A stretch of DNA of 63,093 nt, filler included, from Licmophora abbreviata (Eukaryota), in assembly GCA_900291995.1 (NCBI GenBank). It is 10 parts of 10 records of this genome, joined end to end, with 100 filler letters (N's around TTAATTAATTAA, not from the genome) between each part and the next. Parts side by side here need not be neighbours in the genome. Positions count along the whole stretch, not along the records: positions 35,002 to 37,653 come from OLMU01004679.1; positions 37,754 to 43,013 come from OLMU01004681.1; positions 43,114 to 47,252 come from OLMU01004682.1; 7 more parts are not named here. One strand, 5' to 3'. Shown piece by piece: positions 35,228 to 46,736 of this stretch. The translations under genes were made by a program, and so were the position numbers. Every line of letters begins with the position of its first letter. Within the stretch, counting starts at the first letter, position 1. Under the pieces are notes generated by a model. The model saw only the letters and a program-made list of their open reading frames with translations, was not told where the DNA came from and ran no database searches.

Positions 35228-36700
35228 ATGGGGACCAGGCTAAGGCCCACCAACGATCCGATCGACAAAGTTGACGGCCAAGGCGATGACGACGCTGTGA
35301 GCGATGGTGAAATTGATGATTCTGAGGCGGAAAACTCAGACAGTGAGGAAGATGCCGCGAGCTCTGAGCACAAGGTACAGTCTGTAGTTGACGTACCCCC
35401 TACTGGATCGGGAGAACAGTGTACATTCGACCTGCGAAACTTGCTTTCGGTGAACTCGCACCAGGTTGACGCTTCCGTCCTCTACAGGCCAAGTACCACC
35501 CACAAGGATATGGTGTTTGAGCTTGACATCACGATTCCGCCAGAAAGACTCGCCGTCAAGGTAGACGAGTCGATCCTGCTGGAGAAGGCTAGTGATGGCT
35601 GCGCTCAGCTCTTGACAGCTTTGTGGCAGCAACCCATGGAAAAGAGTGATTCCGGGCCTATGGTCGTATTGCCAACGTACTTCGAGACGAAATTGCCTAG
35701 GGCACTGGTGCGTGGTTTGAATGCATTCGTCGTGTTGGTTCTTAATTCATCCAGGGTATGCTCATTCAATTGCGTTATCTTGTTATCGTAGCCACCGCCA
35801 CCTCCAAAGCAAGAAACTAAATGGGAGAAGTTCGCAAAGGAACGAGGTATTGCGCTCAACAAGGAAAAGGGATCACGGAAGGTGTGGGATGAAACCACTG
35901 GCACCTGGATGTATCGTCACGGCTACCAGAAAGCCAACAACGAAGCAGCGGAGTGGCCCATCATGGAGGTCAAGCGCAATGAAGATCCGTACGAGGATCC
36001 ATGGGAACGAGTTCGAGACGCGAAGCGAACTCGAGTCGAGAAGAATATGGAGCATCGTTTGCGCAATCAGGAACGATCAGGGCAGGTGTCAAGGGGAACT
36101 GCTACTCGTACAATGAAGAGCCTCGAAAAAACAAGGAATGCAGGAAAGACTGGTGGCAATCTCGACCGGGACAATAAGCTTCCCCCAAGCGGAGTTCCTG
36201 TCGACCTCAAGTCAGGAGAGGCAACTGACTCTGTCAAGAGGGGCAAGTTGTCTACAGTGGCCGCCTTGAGAGCGACGCAAGTATCCACGGCATCCATCGG
36301 AAAGTTTGATAAGATGAGAGACGGGGAGCCCGAACGAAGAAAGGCGCAGGCTAGCCTGAAGAAGCGCAAGCTCGAGAGCGCGACTGATAGAAAGGTCACA
36401 ACATCGGAAGCTGATCGAGGATTGAAGCTTCTTAAGTCTGTGATGAGTGGTGGCGGAGCAGCTCTCGAGAAAGCCAAGAGAAATGGATCTCTCGCGAAGG
36501 GAGAGACGGCATATGACTACGAATATGACGACGGATTGGGTGCATCGTCTTTCCGGAAGAAGAAGGTGTGTTCTCCAACGCTGTTTTGCGAATTTCGAAA
36601 CGCACCTGTAGTTCGAATCTCTAACACCTTTGCTTGTTGAATACAGGGCCGTGCGGGTGCCGGAAAACTGAAGAAGCTTACAAGAAAGCGCGTGAAATAG
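35228..36700 (+). CDS. RRS1: Ribosome biogenesis regulatory protein RRS1, 3 exons
   Basis: FDLRNLL, QLLTALW, TKLPRAL|PPPPPKQETKWEKFAKERGI, WDETTGTWMYRHGY and QVSTASIGKFD; introns ~35708-35790 and ~36566-36646. Confidence 0.93.
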
Positions 36701-36901
36701 ATCCATATAAGTTAAATCGCAAATCGACGATTTTCAAACGTACTACTGTTACCTACTCGCACCGCTGCTATGTTTCCCTTACATCATCGCCTTCTCCCCT
36801 GCACCATGCATGATACCGCCCCCTGTGCGATGCATATCCCCAAAAAATGACCGTGCAAGGCAATCGCCAACCGACAACACACCGACACTTTGGGTAGCAG
36901 G

Positions 36902-37267
36902 CTAAGTAAAAGTTTCTACGACGTCCCCAAACATTCGCTCCCACGTTTCAATCGAAGGATTCGCTTGCAGCACTTCATCGGGAAGGCCCGACGAATCATT
37001 GACCGCTTCGATTCTGGTCCAGTCCCCAACGAAATGAGTTGTGCCATCTCTGTAGACAAAGAAGAATTGCGGATAGTTCCCTCGCACACCGCTGACTTCG
37101 AATAACTCATTTCGTAGCTCCTTCTCGCTCGGGTCCATCCCGTCGACCGTGACATACGGGGTTTTCTTTGCTTGAAGCAGTGTCAACGCCCTGGACTGCT
37201 TCGTTGCCTGCGATCGATCGCTAACTCCTTTGGATATGAGAAGGACAAGTTTCTTCTGTTCGGGCAT
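36902..37267 (-). CDS. SH3BGR-like thioredoxin-fold protein
   Basis: QSRALTLLQAKKTPYVTVDGMDP...ELFEVSGVRGNYPQFF...FVGDW; no CxxC. Confidence 0.75.
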   Translation of the reverse strand: MPEQKKLVLLISKGVSDRSQATKQSRALTLLQAKKTPYVTVDGMDPSEKELRNELFEVSGVRGNYPQFFFVYRDGTTHFVGDWTRIEAVNDSSGLPDEVLQANPSIETWERMFGDVVETFT

Positions 37268-37653
37268 GATGGAGAAGCTTGGAGGAGTGGAGCCGCAATA
37301 CACCGCGATGATACGTTGGGTTCGTTTTTTTATTGTCAATTTACAAAATCAGTCAATGGTTTACTTCAAACGATGATAGCGGGATACCAGGCAATACGCA
37401 GAGAGGATCGACGCTGCGATGCTGTGCTGTGGTTGTCGCCTCGCCGTCGATGGATGACGATCGTCATTGCGTGCGGTGTTGTGCTGTTGTGCTTCTTCGC
37501 ATCGCGATCTTGAGAGGATGTAATATGAGCTCATAGCCTGTATTACCAGTCTGAGCTCGGCTATTAGCGAATGCAGAGTACTCGGAGTACGTCACTCTTT
37601 GCATCGCCGCGCGCGCGGCGGTGACATCCACTTCTTCGTGTCATTCTCACATT

Positions 37654-37753
37654 NNNNNNNNNNNNNNNNNNNNNNNNNNNNNNNNNNNNNNNNNNNNTTA
37701 ATTAATTAANNNNNNNNNNNNNNNNNNNNNNNNNNNNNNNNNNNNNNNNNNNN
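37654..37753. other. Artificial contig/scaffold spacer
   Basis: 44 N + TTAATTAATTAA + 44 N. Confidence 0.99.
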
Positions 37754-37838
37754 ATAGCTAGTCGAGCTGCTAAGCATAAAAGTTTCCGAGTTCTACAGGT
37801 TGGATATGTAAAAATAGATAGCTTATGATTTCTCCTAA

Positions 37839-38933
37839 TCATGCTGAAGAACTAGCAGAAGGATTCGGTCGCTGCTCTTGGAGATAGTTGCAGTCGACTA
37901 GGTAACGAAAGAGTTGTAGCGTCAACGCTCGCTCGCGACGAGCATCAGATTCGAGCAGCTTTCGTAGAAGCGTCATTGAAGAGCTACTTTTCTTCTTTCT
38001 GTGTCGCGGCAGCGATGCGTTGTGAGCACGGTGGGATCTTCCCGACTCGGCGAGCTCATGACTAAAGTTACACGCATCTCCGTTGCGGCACGTTCCATTC
38101 CGCATAAAGTATCGGCAGAGTCTCGATCGATAGTTCGCATGGCGTGAAGAACTAGTCTCCACAAATTTCGAGTGTTCAGAACCTGTTTTGAGACACTCTT
38201 TTCTCTTGTCCTCCGATTCATCACACGACGACGAGCCATACCCGTCCAATAGCGAGTCCAGACCTTCTTTGATCACGCTCTTGCTGGTTGTCGTAGGACG
38301 CGACTGTCTTGGAAATCGGCGTTTCCGCTCTTGGATCCACATTTTCAAATCCTCCGGATGATTCCCGACGCAGATACGAAACCGTTGAATACGACAGCCT
38401 GGCACAGCTATGGTTACCGATTTGAAACCTCGTCCTGAAAACTTGCCGTGTACTGATTGGAAGTGAGCCTTGACTAACTTGCGACTGGCAGTAAACGAAC
38501 ACTCTGTACATGTAATGTGCGACTGGATATGGGCGCGCAGTGAGGCCTCTGTTTCCAAGGAAAGCTGACACGCTGCACATGAGTATTGGGTCGTAGATGC
38601 AGCTGTAGTACCTGATAGGGCTTGAGTCAAATTCTGTTCTGCATTTTGTAGTTGAGAAGGCATCAGCGCTGATGATGGTGATGCAAAGGGGCCGCTTGGC
38701 ACTCTTCTTGGAGGCTGTGCCGGATATGACCGTCGAGTTGTGATTCCCGCCTGATGATGGTTAGAAAAACTAGTGTTCGAATGATACTGATACGCGGGAG
38801 GCGGAGGCGGGCATAAGCTGACACTGTGATCTTGTTGCTGTCGGCGCTGACCTCCTCCACCTTGTCTCTGAGCGGTAGCATTAGCTTGCTTTGGTCCATT
38901 TTGACGCCAGGGTGGCAGTGGAAAATCTGTCAT
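37839..38933 (-). CDS. NUFIP1: NUFIP1/Rsa1 box C/D snoRNP assembly factor with C2H2 and CCCH fingers
   Basis: PEDLKMWIQERKRRFP, CRYFMRNGTCRNGDACNFSH and LLRKLLESDARRERALTLQLFRYLVDCNYL. Confidence 0.85.
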   Translation of the reverse strand: MTDFPLPPWRQNGPKQANATAQRQGGGGQRRQQQDHSVSLCPPPPPAYQYHSNTSFSNHHQAGITTRRSYPAQPPRRVPSGPFASPSSALMPSQLQNAEQNLTQALSGTTAASTTQYSCAACQLSLETEASLRAHIQSHITCTECSFTASRKLVKAHFQSVHGKFSGRGFKSVTIAVPGCRIQRFRICVGNHPEDLKMWIQERKRRFPRQSRPTTTSKSVIKEGLDSLLDGYGSSSCDESEDKRKECLKTGSEHSKFVETSSSRHANYRSRLCRYFMRNGTCRNGDACNFSHELAESGRSHRAHNASLPRHRKKKSSSSMTLLRKLLESDARRERALTLQLFRYLVDCNYLQEQRPNPSASSSA

Positions 38934-39484
38934 CTGATTGCGAAAGTCCCCTTCCTTTGTATCTAATTCGTCCTTGAATAGACGGAATAGAAGGAGATGC
39001 TGGAGACGCGTTGTTGCACCATCACATGGACTTTGTGCGGGGAGCGAGGATGTTTGATTTATAATTTGGTGCAGGCGACAAGTTGAGTGGTTGTGGGCGC
39101 GCGCACGGTCAACATCCGGACGAAGGACGCTCTGTACCGGTATAACTTCGAATACAGCTCATTCATCATTATTCCTATGTTTTCATGTCTGAAGCTTTGT
39201 GTACACTTTGAAATGCCGAAATGCCACAAATGACGGCGAGATCACGACAAAAGAGAGCATCACCGCTTACGGCACATGAACTCGGCCGCTTTTCCTGTCG
39301 CCGCTGTCGCATCTCTGGAGCCATTGGTATCACGATACTGCGAAGGGGAATCAGAACTACCTCTCCAAGCTGAGATTGCGGATTTAGGGGTGGATTCGTT
39401 TGTTTTCGGTTGCAGAGCAAGACATTACGCGGCAGGTGTCATACGTATCTTGTATTCATTGGCATTTCACGCGATCGATAGGTC

Positions 39485-40897
39485 ATGGTGCGAATATTAA
39501 ACCCTCCCACGCCTCGAACGCCTCCCAAGTCGCATTCTGCAGTATTGGTAACGGACCATGAGGTATGAATGCGGTGTCGTAGGCACAAGGATTGTCATTT
39601 GGTTCCCTGTTCTCACAAAAGTCTTTTTGTGCCTTGACAGAAACGAATTGAGGCAGAGTTGGGACAACTGGTCATTGATATACGCAGAATCGGACCTACA
39701 TATCCTGATCCGTCACCGAATGTTCTGTTTGGAGAGCTGTTTGACGATGAGCAGGTACAGAACTACTATGAAGCGTTAGTCGGGACGCTCAAGTCGGCGA
39801 AGAAACGTGAGTGTCATCGTGCCGTATTACAGTTTCATGGGTCTGCTGTGAAATCAAGAAGACGATAAGGACTGTGCTCTGATATACATATATTTTTGGC
39901 TGTTCGTGGCGTAGGAGGAATTGTGTCATTCAAGGGACAGATGTTACTGAAGGGAGCGCATGACAATCACGTGATAACCATCGTCGATGGAGACGATATG
40001 GACAAAGAAGAAGGAAAGGAGAACGATTTGAGGCAGCCGGCGAAGTCTTCGACAAGAACGCCTTCCTCGTCAAAGAAGTTTACATTTCCCTCCCCCAAAG
40101 CGTCCTCCCCAAGGAAGTCACCGATTGTCCAGAGGAAGAAGTCGGAAATTCAGTGTACATGCAGCGATACGGAGGCTGAAATTATGGGGTCGCCGCGGGC
40201 TCCCAATCGGCCTATTCTGTCAATATCTACCGCGGCTGGTGCCCTCAGTGACTCCGAGACCGCTAGCTGGCGACCGAAGCTTAGCCCCCGTGACCGCATA
40301 GTGGTCCCCTTGGCGTTCGCAGCGGGAAACTCTGTTGACAAATCAGGTAGACCGCCGGCGCCGTGGAGAATCCGAAAGGCCAGGTCGGAAGCGGCAAGGA
40401 CAGCTAAAGTGACTGAACAGCTGCAAGTTAGGGAACCAATGACTGACCCAGCATGCGAGATGAACGAAGCGCGAAACGGCGGCAGCGAACGACTGTCGGC
40501 GCCGACAATCGCAGAAAAATCGGGTGAGACGCCGACGGTCGATAGCAACACGGCCCGATCGAAAGCTGAGGAGAAGGCAACCACTTGGACAAGACCGAAG
40601 CCGCTGGCCAAGGCTCAATCGATGAGCGTGCTCACTACGCAGGCGTCTTCTCGTATTGACGACGAGGTTCACCAACTAGTGAAAGACATCTCTAGAGTGG
40701 GAGCAAATTCAGGCGAGCCGTCGGTGACGTTTGGTGAGCTATTCGACGACGACGAGGTACAGCAGACGTATGAGGCTCTAGTTGGAACATTGAGGAGCGC
40801 CAAAAGGCAAGGATACGTTGAGTTCAAGGGACAGATGCTTTTCAAGGGAATTCATGACGGCGTCGTGATTCATGCGTTGACCAACGAAGAAGATTAA
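39485..40897 (+). CDS. Tandem Costars (ABRACL-like) domain protein, 3 exons
   Basis: Two copies of FGELFDD..VQ..YEALVGTL.SAK..G.V.FKGQML.KG.HD; introns 39563-39640 and 39807-39914. Confidence 0.85.
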
Positions 40898-41028
40898 TTT
40901 GTTTATATCGACAAGCTCATGTGCAACCAAGTGAACTTGCCATCATCCGTATGGAATAAGGCTATAGTCGGTTCACAACCATCGTTATCCCAGTCTTATC
41001 AAATAGATAGGCCTATTCAAGCGCTAAG

Positions 41029-41856
41029 CTAGATATTGTGGAATACAGCCGTGCAACTCAGACGCGGATTTGACCCTTCCAGGGAAACTACACCAGCGCA
41101 TTCATGGATTGTTTGCACGACAAAGTCGACGCGATCTTCGTTTCCCAGCACGCCAGCACCCACTTCCTGCGTCCATTCCTGGAGGTCTGGGTCGAATACG
41201 TATCCTGCGGAGTGCATGTGGTCAGACGATATCATCGCGTTGAAGAAGCTATGAACAAGCATGCCCACATGTGAAGGAAAACATTCATTGACCACACCAG
41301 TCAGCTGAACAGTTGAGTTGCCGATCAGAAGTGATTTTGAATAAGTCATGAGTTGGAGGCATGTAAGGGTCGGCACGACGGCCCCATCGATTTTTTGACG
41401 TACCTTCTGCCCAACGACTGGACAAAAAACAAGAGCGTCCAGTTCAACAAGATAGTGTATCTGCGGAAGTTCGTTCAGTATCACGCCATGGCCAGGCTCT
41501 CCCGTGTTCCCATCTGCTAGCTTCACCTTTTCAAATGCTAGGAGAATACCACCAATTCCATCCGAGAACTTGAGAAGCATTGTGTGAAGCGACTTCTTGA
41601 CATGAGACAGCACATCATCAAGAGCAGAGGGGTACAGTGAGACAACAAGCCTAAGCCGTTTTCTCTGGAATGACGAGCTTTCGTCACTAGGGCGTGAACT
41701 AACGTCCCGTAATCGCACGGATTTTTCTTGACTGACAGGCCCGCTGGCAGCGCTGTTTTCCTTCTTTTCGGCTTTCTTTCGCTTTTTTGCCTCCTTCTTC
41801 CGCTGCTTTCGCGCTTGCCGCTCTTCTTCAGTTTCGTCGCGGCTTCTTTTCGCCAT
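41029..41856 (-). CDS. RPA43: RNA polymerase I subunit RPA43
   Basis: SHS2-like (VSLYPSAL...LLKFSDGIGGILLAF) and OB (LVFCPVVGQK|LTGVVNECFPSHVGMLVHSFFNAMI) domains; in-frame intron 41305-41403. Confidence 0.85.
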   Translation of the reverse strand: MAKRSRDETEEERQARKQRKKEAKKRKKAEKKENSAASGPVSQEKSVRLRDVSSRPSDESSSFQRKRLRLVVSLYPSALDDVLSHVKKSLHTMLLKFSDGIGGILLAFEKVKLADGNTGEPGHGVILNELPQIHYLVELDALVFCPVVGQKVRQKIDGAVVPTLTCLQLMTYSKSLLIGNSTVQLTGVVNECFPSHVGMLVHSFFNAMISSDHMHSAGYVFDPDLQEWTQEVGAGVLGNEDRVDFVVQTIHECAGVVSLEGSNPRLSCTAVFHNI

Positions 41857-42388
41857 GCAATATTTTTCAGGTTAAATCGTTGGATCGTGCCGTATTGATC
41901 TTGGCAGCGGGGAACTTTAGAAGTATGCTGCTTCTCTATCAAAGAGTGGTTCGCGTCGAGACACTCGATTCGATTCATGTCGTCTCGTCGCGTCTCTTTG
42001 AAAGCTCATGGCTCATCTCGTGGCTGTGCTAGCCCGGCTGATAACCTTCACCATGAGTCTTTGAGACTGCCGGTGCCTGGCATCTCTTTTTTCTTAAATA
42101 AATGAAGAATGAACAATCGTCATGATATTAGAACACCTTCAACCTGAAAGGACCTCCCAGCCACACGCTTCTAGCACTTTAGCAAGGGCGTCAACACAGT
42201 CAACATCACAGACCACACGCGCACAACCGGCGAGAAGAGATTGCGAGGACAACTCATCTGGTCAGATTTTTTGTGGTGACCAGAATTTCCGTCTCTACCT
42301 TATACGTGGCATTGAATTGCACACCGATATCTGCTTTATGTGGCGAGCCTTTTCACAAGAACGACTCAAAAGATAAAATTAAGGCAGA

Positions 42389-43989
42389 ATGCCGCATCCC
42401 ATTCAGTCCCTCGTAAACTCATGGATCAAGGTCAACACGAAGCATGTGATCTTCCCGAGAAATGAAGGCAATGGTGAAAGGCCGCCTCCAGAAAATGCAA
42501 ATCGGGGAAGTTTGACTTCAAAGCATGCTTCGCCACAACGGAAAAAATTGGGGCGGCAGATTGAGGAGGAGCATGTCTCGCACGATACCGCAAAGACAAC
42601 ACCATCGACGACAGCAGATGTAGATCCGGAAGCACTCGCGATTTCACGCATGGACACTCGACGACAGAACAGGCGGGGGCTGCGACGGACAGTATCGCAC
42701 TCGGATCTACTTCGCGAACTTGCAAAAGAAAAGGGGAAAGCTGTTGCAGACGGTGACATGGACGACGAGGCGAAAAACAAGGCCGACAATGACTTGCTTA
42801 CGCAGAAGCCGCCCACAAATGAGAGTCTTGAGTCTCAAAACGATAAATCAGGAGACAAGAAGGCTCGATCTCAGCAGACGTATCAGTCATTGCTACGACC
42901 AGCCCCTCAGCTGATTTCAAAGCGACAACAGACGGCAGCGACGACTGGGAAGTATCTTAATGAAGCTGTGTTTGTCCAGCAGATGGAGCAAGCGAGAGCT
43001 CAACATCAGCGTGNNNNNNNNNNNNNNNNNNNNNNNNNNNNNNNNNNNNNNNNNNNNTTAATTAATTAANNNNNNNNNNNNNNNNNNNNNNNNNNNNNNN
43101 NNNNNNNNNNNNNCTGCTCGACCTGGAGTACTTACGGAGCGTCGCTGTTCGGACAGAGTTCACATGCAAAGCTTCCGAGGATCCAAAAGGCACGCGACTT
43201 CGGCCTAACCCCTTGAGATCAAAAGCTAGCTCCCCGGACGAAGCGTCGAAGCGGCTGGTAGAAGTGGCCACTTCGCACAGGAGGCAGATCGAGCAAATGA
43301 CGAAAGAACGAGTAAGTTTGTTCTGTGTGTTGATTGCCGTCAACGCCCGTAGTTTTGTCACCTGATCTTCTCTCGTCGTTTGCTTCCGTAAGTCACGTTG
43401 GCGTACCGACATGCAAGTGAAACTCTCCAAGATCACAATGATCTGTAAAGAGCTGAACGAAGAGAATGGCATTCGGAAACAAGCGGCTGCATCACTGGAA
43501 TCGGAATTGCAAGTAGTCAGAGACGAACGGAATGTTCTTGCCTCCGAGGTCGAACAACTGCGCGCGCAGATCGGTTTATATGAGCGAGAGGAAATTGAGT
43601 TCCGTCAACTCCAAGAAATGACTGCGAGCTATGAAACAGGTGTTCTGGACAGTGCCGACGAGGGTATCCGTCAACGAAACTCAGTGACCGCAGATTTGTC
43701 GAACCGGATGGAACGTGCAATGGATACGTTAGAGACTGAAAGGGCTCAACAGCGCCAACGTCGACAGATCATCTTTCCAGTGCAGAGATCAGCGCAGTCG
43801 AATGACGCGCGAGGCCACTCCACTGTCTCAAACGAGGTTGCTGCTTTAAAGGCGGAAGTCACGCGAATACGAGAATCCGCGCGAGAGACCGAAAAGCTGC
43901 TGGCGTCGACAATACTCGACGCTGATAGGAACGAGACCGCGCTTCGCACCAAGTGTGAGACCTTGGAGAAGCAGCTCAGAGCATCTTAA
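42389..43989 (+). CDS. Hypothetical coiled-coil protein, interrupted by gap
   Basis: Open frames on both sides of the spacer on the same strand; intron ~43312-43392; heptad-rich C-terminus. Confidence 0.55.
43014..43113. other. Artificial contig/scaffold spacer
   Basis: 44 N + TTAATTAATTAA + 44 N. Confidence 0.99.
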
Positions 43990-44091
43990 ATCTAGCCATA
44001 TGATAGAATAAAATACGAACAAATAGCATACGTCTTCGATAATTCTAGACTACCGCTATCAGCATCTGTCATCGCTATGAGGACATTTGTA

Positions 44092-46179
44092 TTACCTGAT
44101 CACGGAACCAGGTGTAGCTGGAAATAAGAGGCCATTCGAAGTGTTTTTGTCATTCGATCGAGGTCCTGGGAACACTTGCCAGAACCGGAGCGTCTCGTCA
44201 CCGGCACCCCTGCAGAACAAGAGTAAGAGAGAATAAGTACTGACGATCGTCGAACCCATGTTACAGACGAGGCAGAAAACTTACGTCACGATCGTGCTCC
44301 CATCAGGAGACACCGAGAGGTACAAAACTCTGTACGTATGACCAGTGAGCGTGACTACTTTGCTCATGCTGGGGTAGCGCCACACAACTATCTGATTGAG
44401 TGAGTACCCATGGGTGCTCACAATCTCGTTGCAGTTCTTCGACCATGCTAGATTGCACACTTGGCTACCAGTGTCGACACAGTTCAGAGACGCGCCGTTG
44501 AGAGTGTTCCAGAATCGCATACAACGATCCGCAGTACCTCCACCGCTAGCAAGCAGGCCGTGTTGGTGTGGAGACCATGCGATAGCTTTTACGGCAGCAG
44601 TATGGTCGGCGAAGCGATGAATCGGCTGAGAGGAATTCTTAATGTCCCACACAAGTAGCTTGTTGTCATTACCACCTGATGCGAGACTGGCCGGATCGTC
44701 GAAGGACCACTTCAATCCACAAACTTCTTGCTTGTGACAAGATAGACGCGCCGTATACTGCGGATGGATACGGACATCGCGTAGATAGACAAGACGGTCA
44801 CGCGAGCCGCTTGCTAGCATGGGACCGCTCCACGACAAGGCTCCAATGCGCGCAGAATGTCCACTCATGGTACGGATTTTCTTGCACTTGTGCGTGTCCC
44901 ATATCTGAACTTCGCCCTTGTTTGTTCCGACTGCAAGATGGGCTCCCCGTTGTGCCCATGACACGGAAGTCACTAGGTCCTCTGCCTGCGTGAAATCGCA
45001 CAGCTTGGTGACCTTGGACGTACAGGCGCTCCAAAGGTACACGCATGCTCCTAGACCAACAGCAAGCACATTTTGTGACGACCAATCCACTAAGTTCAGA
45101 TAGAAATCATCCTGCAATGCCGGAGCATCAAGAACTTTGAACGGAACTTTCTGAATTCGACGTTTTCGCTTCTGTGGGGTCGACAAGAGGCGCTGGCTAG
45201 AGAGGCTCGCAATGGGAGTCAAGCTAAAAGAATTCACCGCAGCCGTTGGATCAACACGCCTGTCATATAGACTGTTTTGATATGCTTGCCGTGGACTTTG
45301 AAACCTGAGATTGTTTCCTCCTTCTCGAAACGGGGCGTTCGATTCGCCCAAGGGTCCCCTATGGGCTCCCGTGTAACTCGATGGCGACGGATCCAAGTTT
45401 TCTCCCAGAAGTTCTGAGCGAAGTAGTGCATGGAGAAGAGTCGGCTGTGACTGAATAGTTGCCTCGGCGCTTCTCGCAGTATTCACTTCGCCTTGTCCGT
45501 CAGCGCTGGTGGTGCCATTGGGCTCGTTGCGGTTCGATTCTGCATTCTGTTCAGCTGCGTTGCTATTCATAGACTGATGCATCGGATTTTCCCAAAGAGA
45601 GAAGTGCATCTTGGATGTTGCTCTGGAAGGAATAAATCGGTCACCATGCATGAGATTCTTTGCATATCGAGTAGTGAACCGCCCAGCACCTTGTGTTGGG
45701 TGCATCAGACTTGCATAGCCACTACTCTTGCGTTTCGAGGCCGAAGAGAAGGAAGAGAAGGACGAAGATCGAGAGCCGAGTGACGATCCACTAGATGAGA
45801 GCAAACTACCGCGCGTTGTTCCGAGCGGAGTAGGTCGGAAGATTGATGAGTTTCGACTTCCTCGAGTTATGCTGGGTGGTGGCATGAGTTCAGCGTCGAG
45901 TTGTTGTTCATGACGGGGCGCGAGTCTGGCTGCGTACTGGGGGTCAAGCCTGGATCTCGATGGTGATGGCCAACTGATGTGAGAATATGACGATCGTCTC
46001 GAGCTGGAGGATCCGGGCGATGAAGTCGCAGAGTAGGCTGGTGTAGATGGAGATGCCCCCGCCCTTGTTGATGGGGTAGTTTGTGGCGTCACGGCGGCGA
46101 GGCTCGGTGTAGAGGAGCCACCAAAGGAGGACGTTATCTCGTATCGACCGGCATGGACACATTCATTCTCCGAGGTCAT
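44092..46179 (-). CDS. FZR1: APC/C activator Cdh1/Fizzy-related, 2 exons
   Basis: C-box DRFIPSR, LLRSELLG, KVPFKVLDAPALQDDFYLNLVDWS and WD40 repeats. Last exon GAGDETLRFW...SVIR* carries the IR tail. Confidence 0.93.
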
Positions 46180-46501
46180 ATTATACACTTCCGACCGCAC
46201 TGATGTGGCAGTGAAGTCAAATGGACGGCAGCAACAATCAAGCAAGGGTTGGCGCCAACTCTTGTCCCGTGGAGATCTTGAATCGTCGCTCTATAGAATA
46301 AGGGAGCAGTCACTGTGATTCAGCTATTTTGCGGTTGCTATCCTGCACGCCCACGACACTTCGAGCCAGAAAATGAGCTCTTAGCAGTATCCTTCGCTAA
46401 TTCGGAGTCCGGTTGACCTATCCGGCAACTCAAAAAGTGTGCAACACCCCACAGGCTTGTAGTCGGAATGCACCCGAGTATATGATACTCCTTCGACGGG
46501 G

Positions 46502-46514
46502 TTTGGCGGGAAAA
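46502..46514 (-). promoter_or_regulatory. E2F-type site upstream of FZR1/CDH1
   Basis: TTTGGCGGGAAAA on the plus strand = TTTTCCCGCCAAA, about 320 nt upstream of the CDH1 start. Confidence 0.5.
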
Positions 46515-46736
46515 TCTAGAGTTTAATTAAATGACTTGGCGAAATATGATTTTATTATGCCTGATTTTAGATCAATGATCCCAACGGAGACAAAATGTCA
46601 CAGTAACCCGGGTGTACGCTGTCTGTCCGTCCTCCTCTCGTGTGCTCGCAGGCTCTGCACGCCGGCGCCATCAAGTTTTTGATTGCTATTCACATTCATC
46701 CCGACGTCCGACAGCGTCATCACAGCCAGCAGCACC

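Noticed and set aside
46523..46530. TTAATTAA resembling the spacer core
   Set aside because: Single 8-mer in an AT-rich promoter without flanking Ns; natural sequence.
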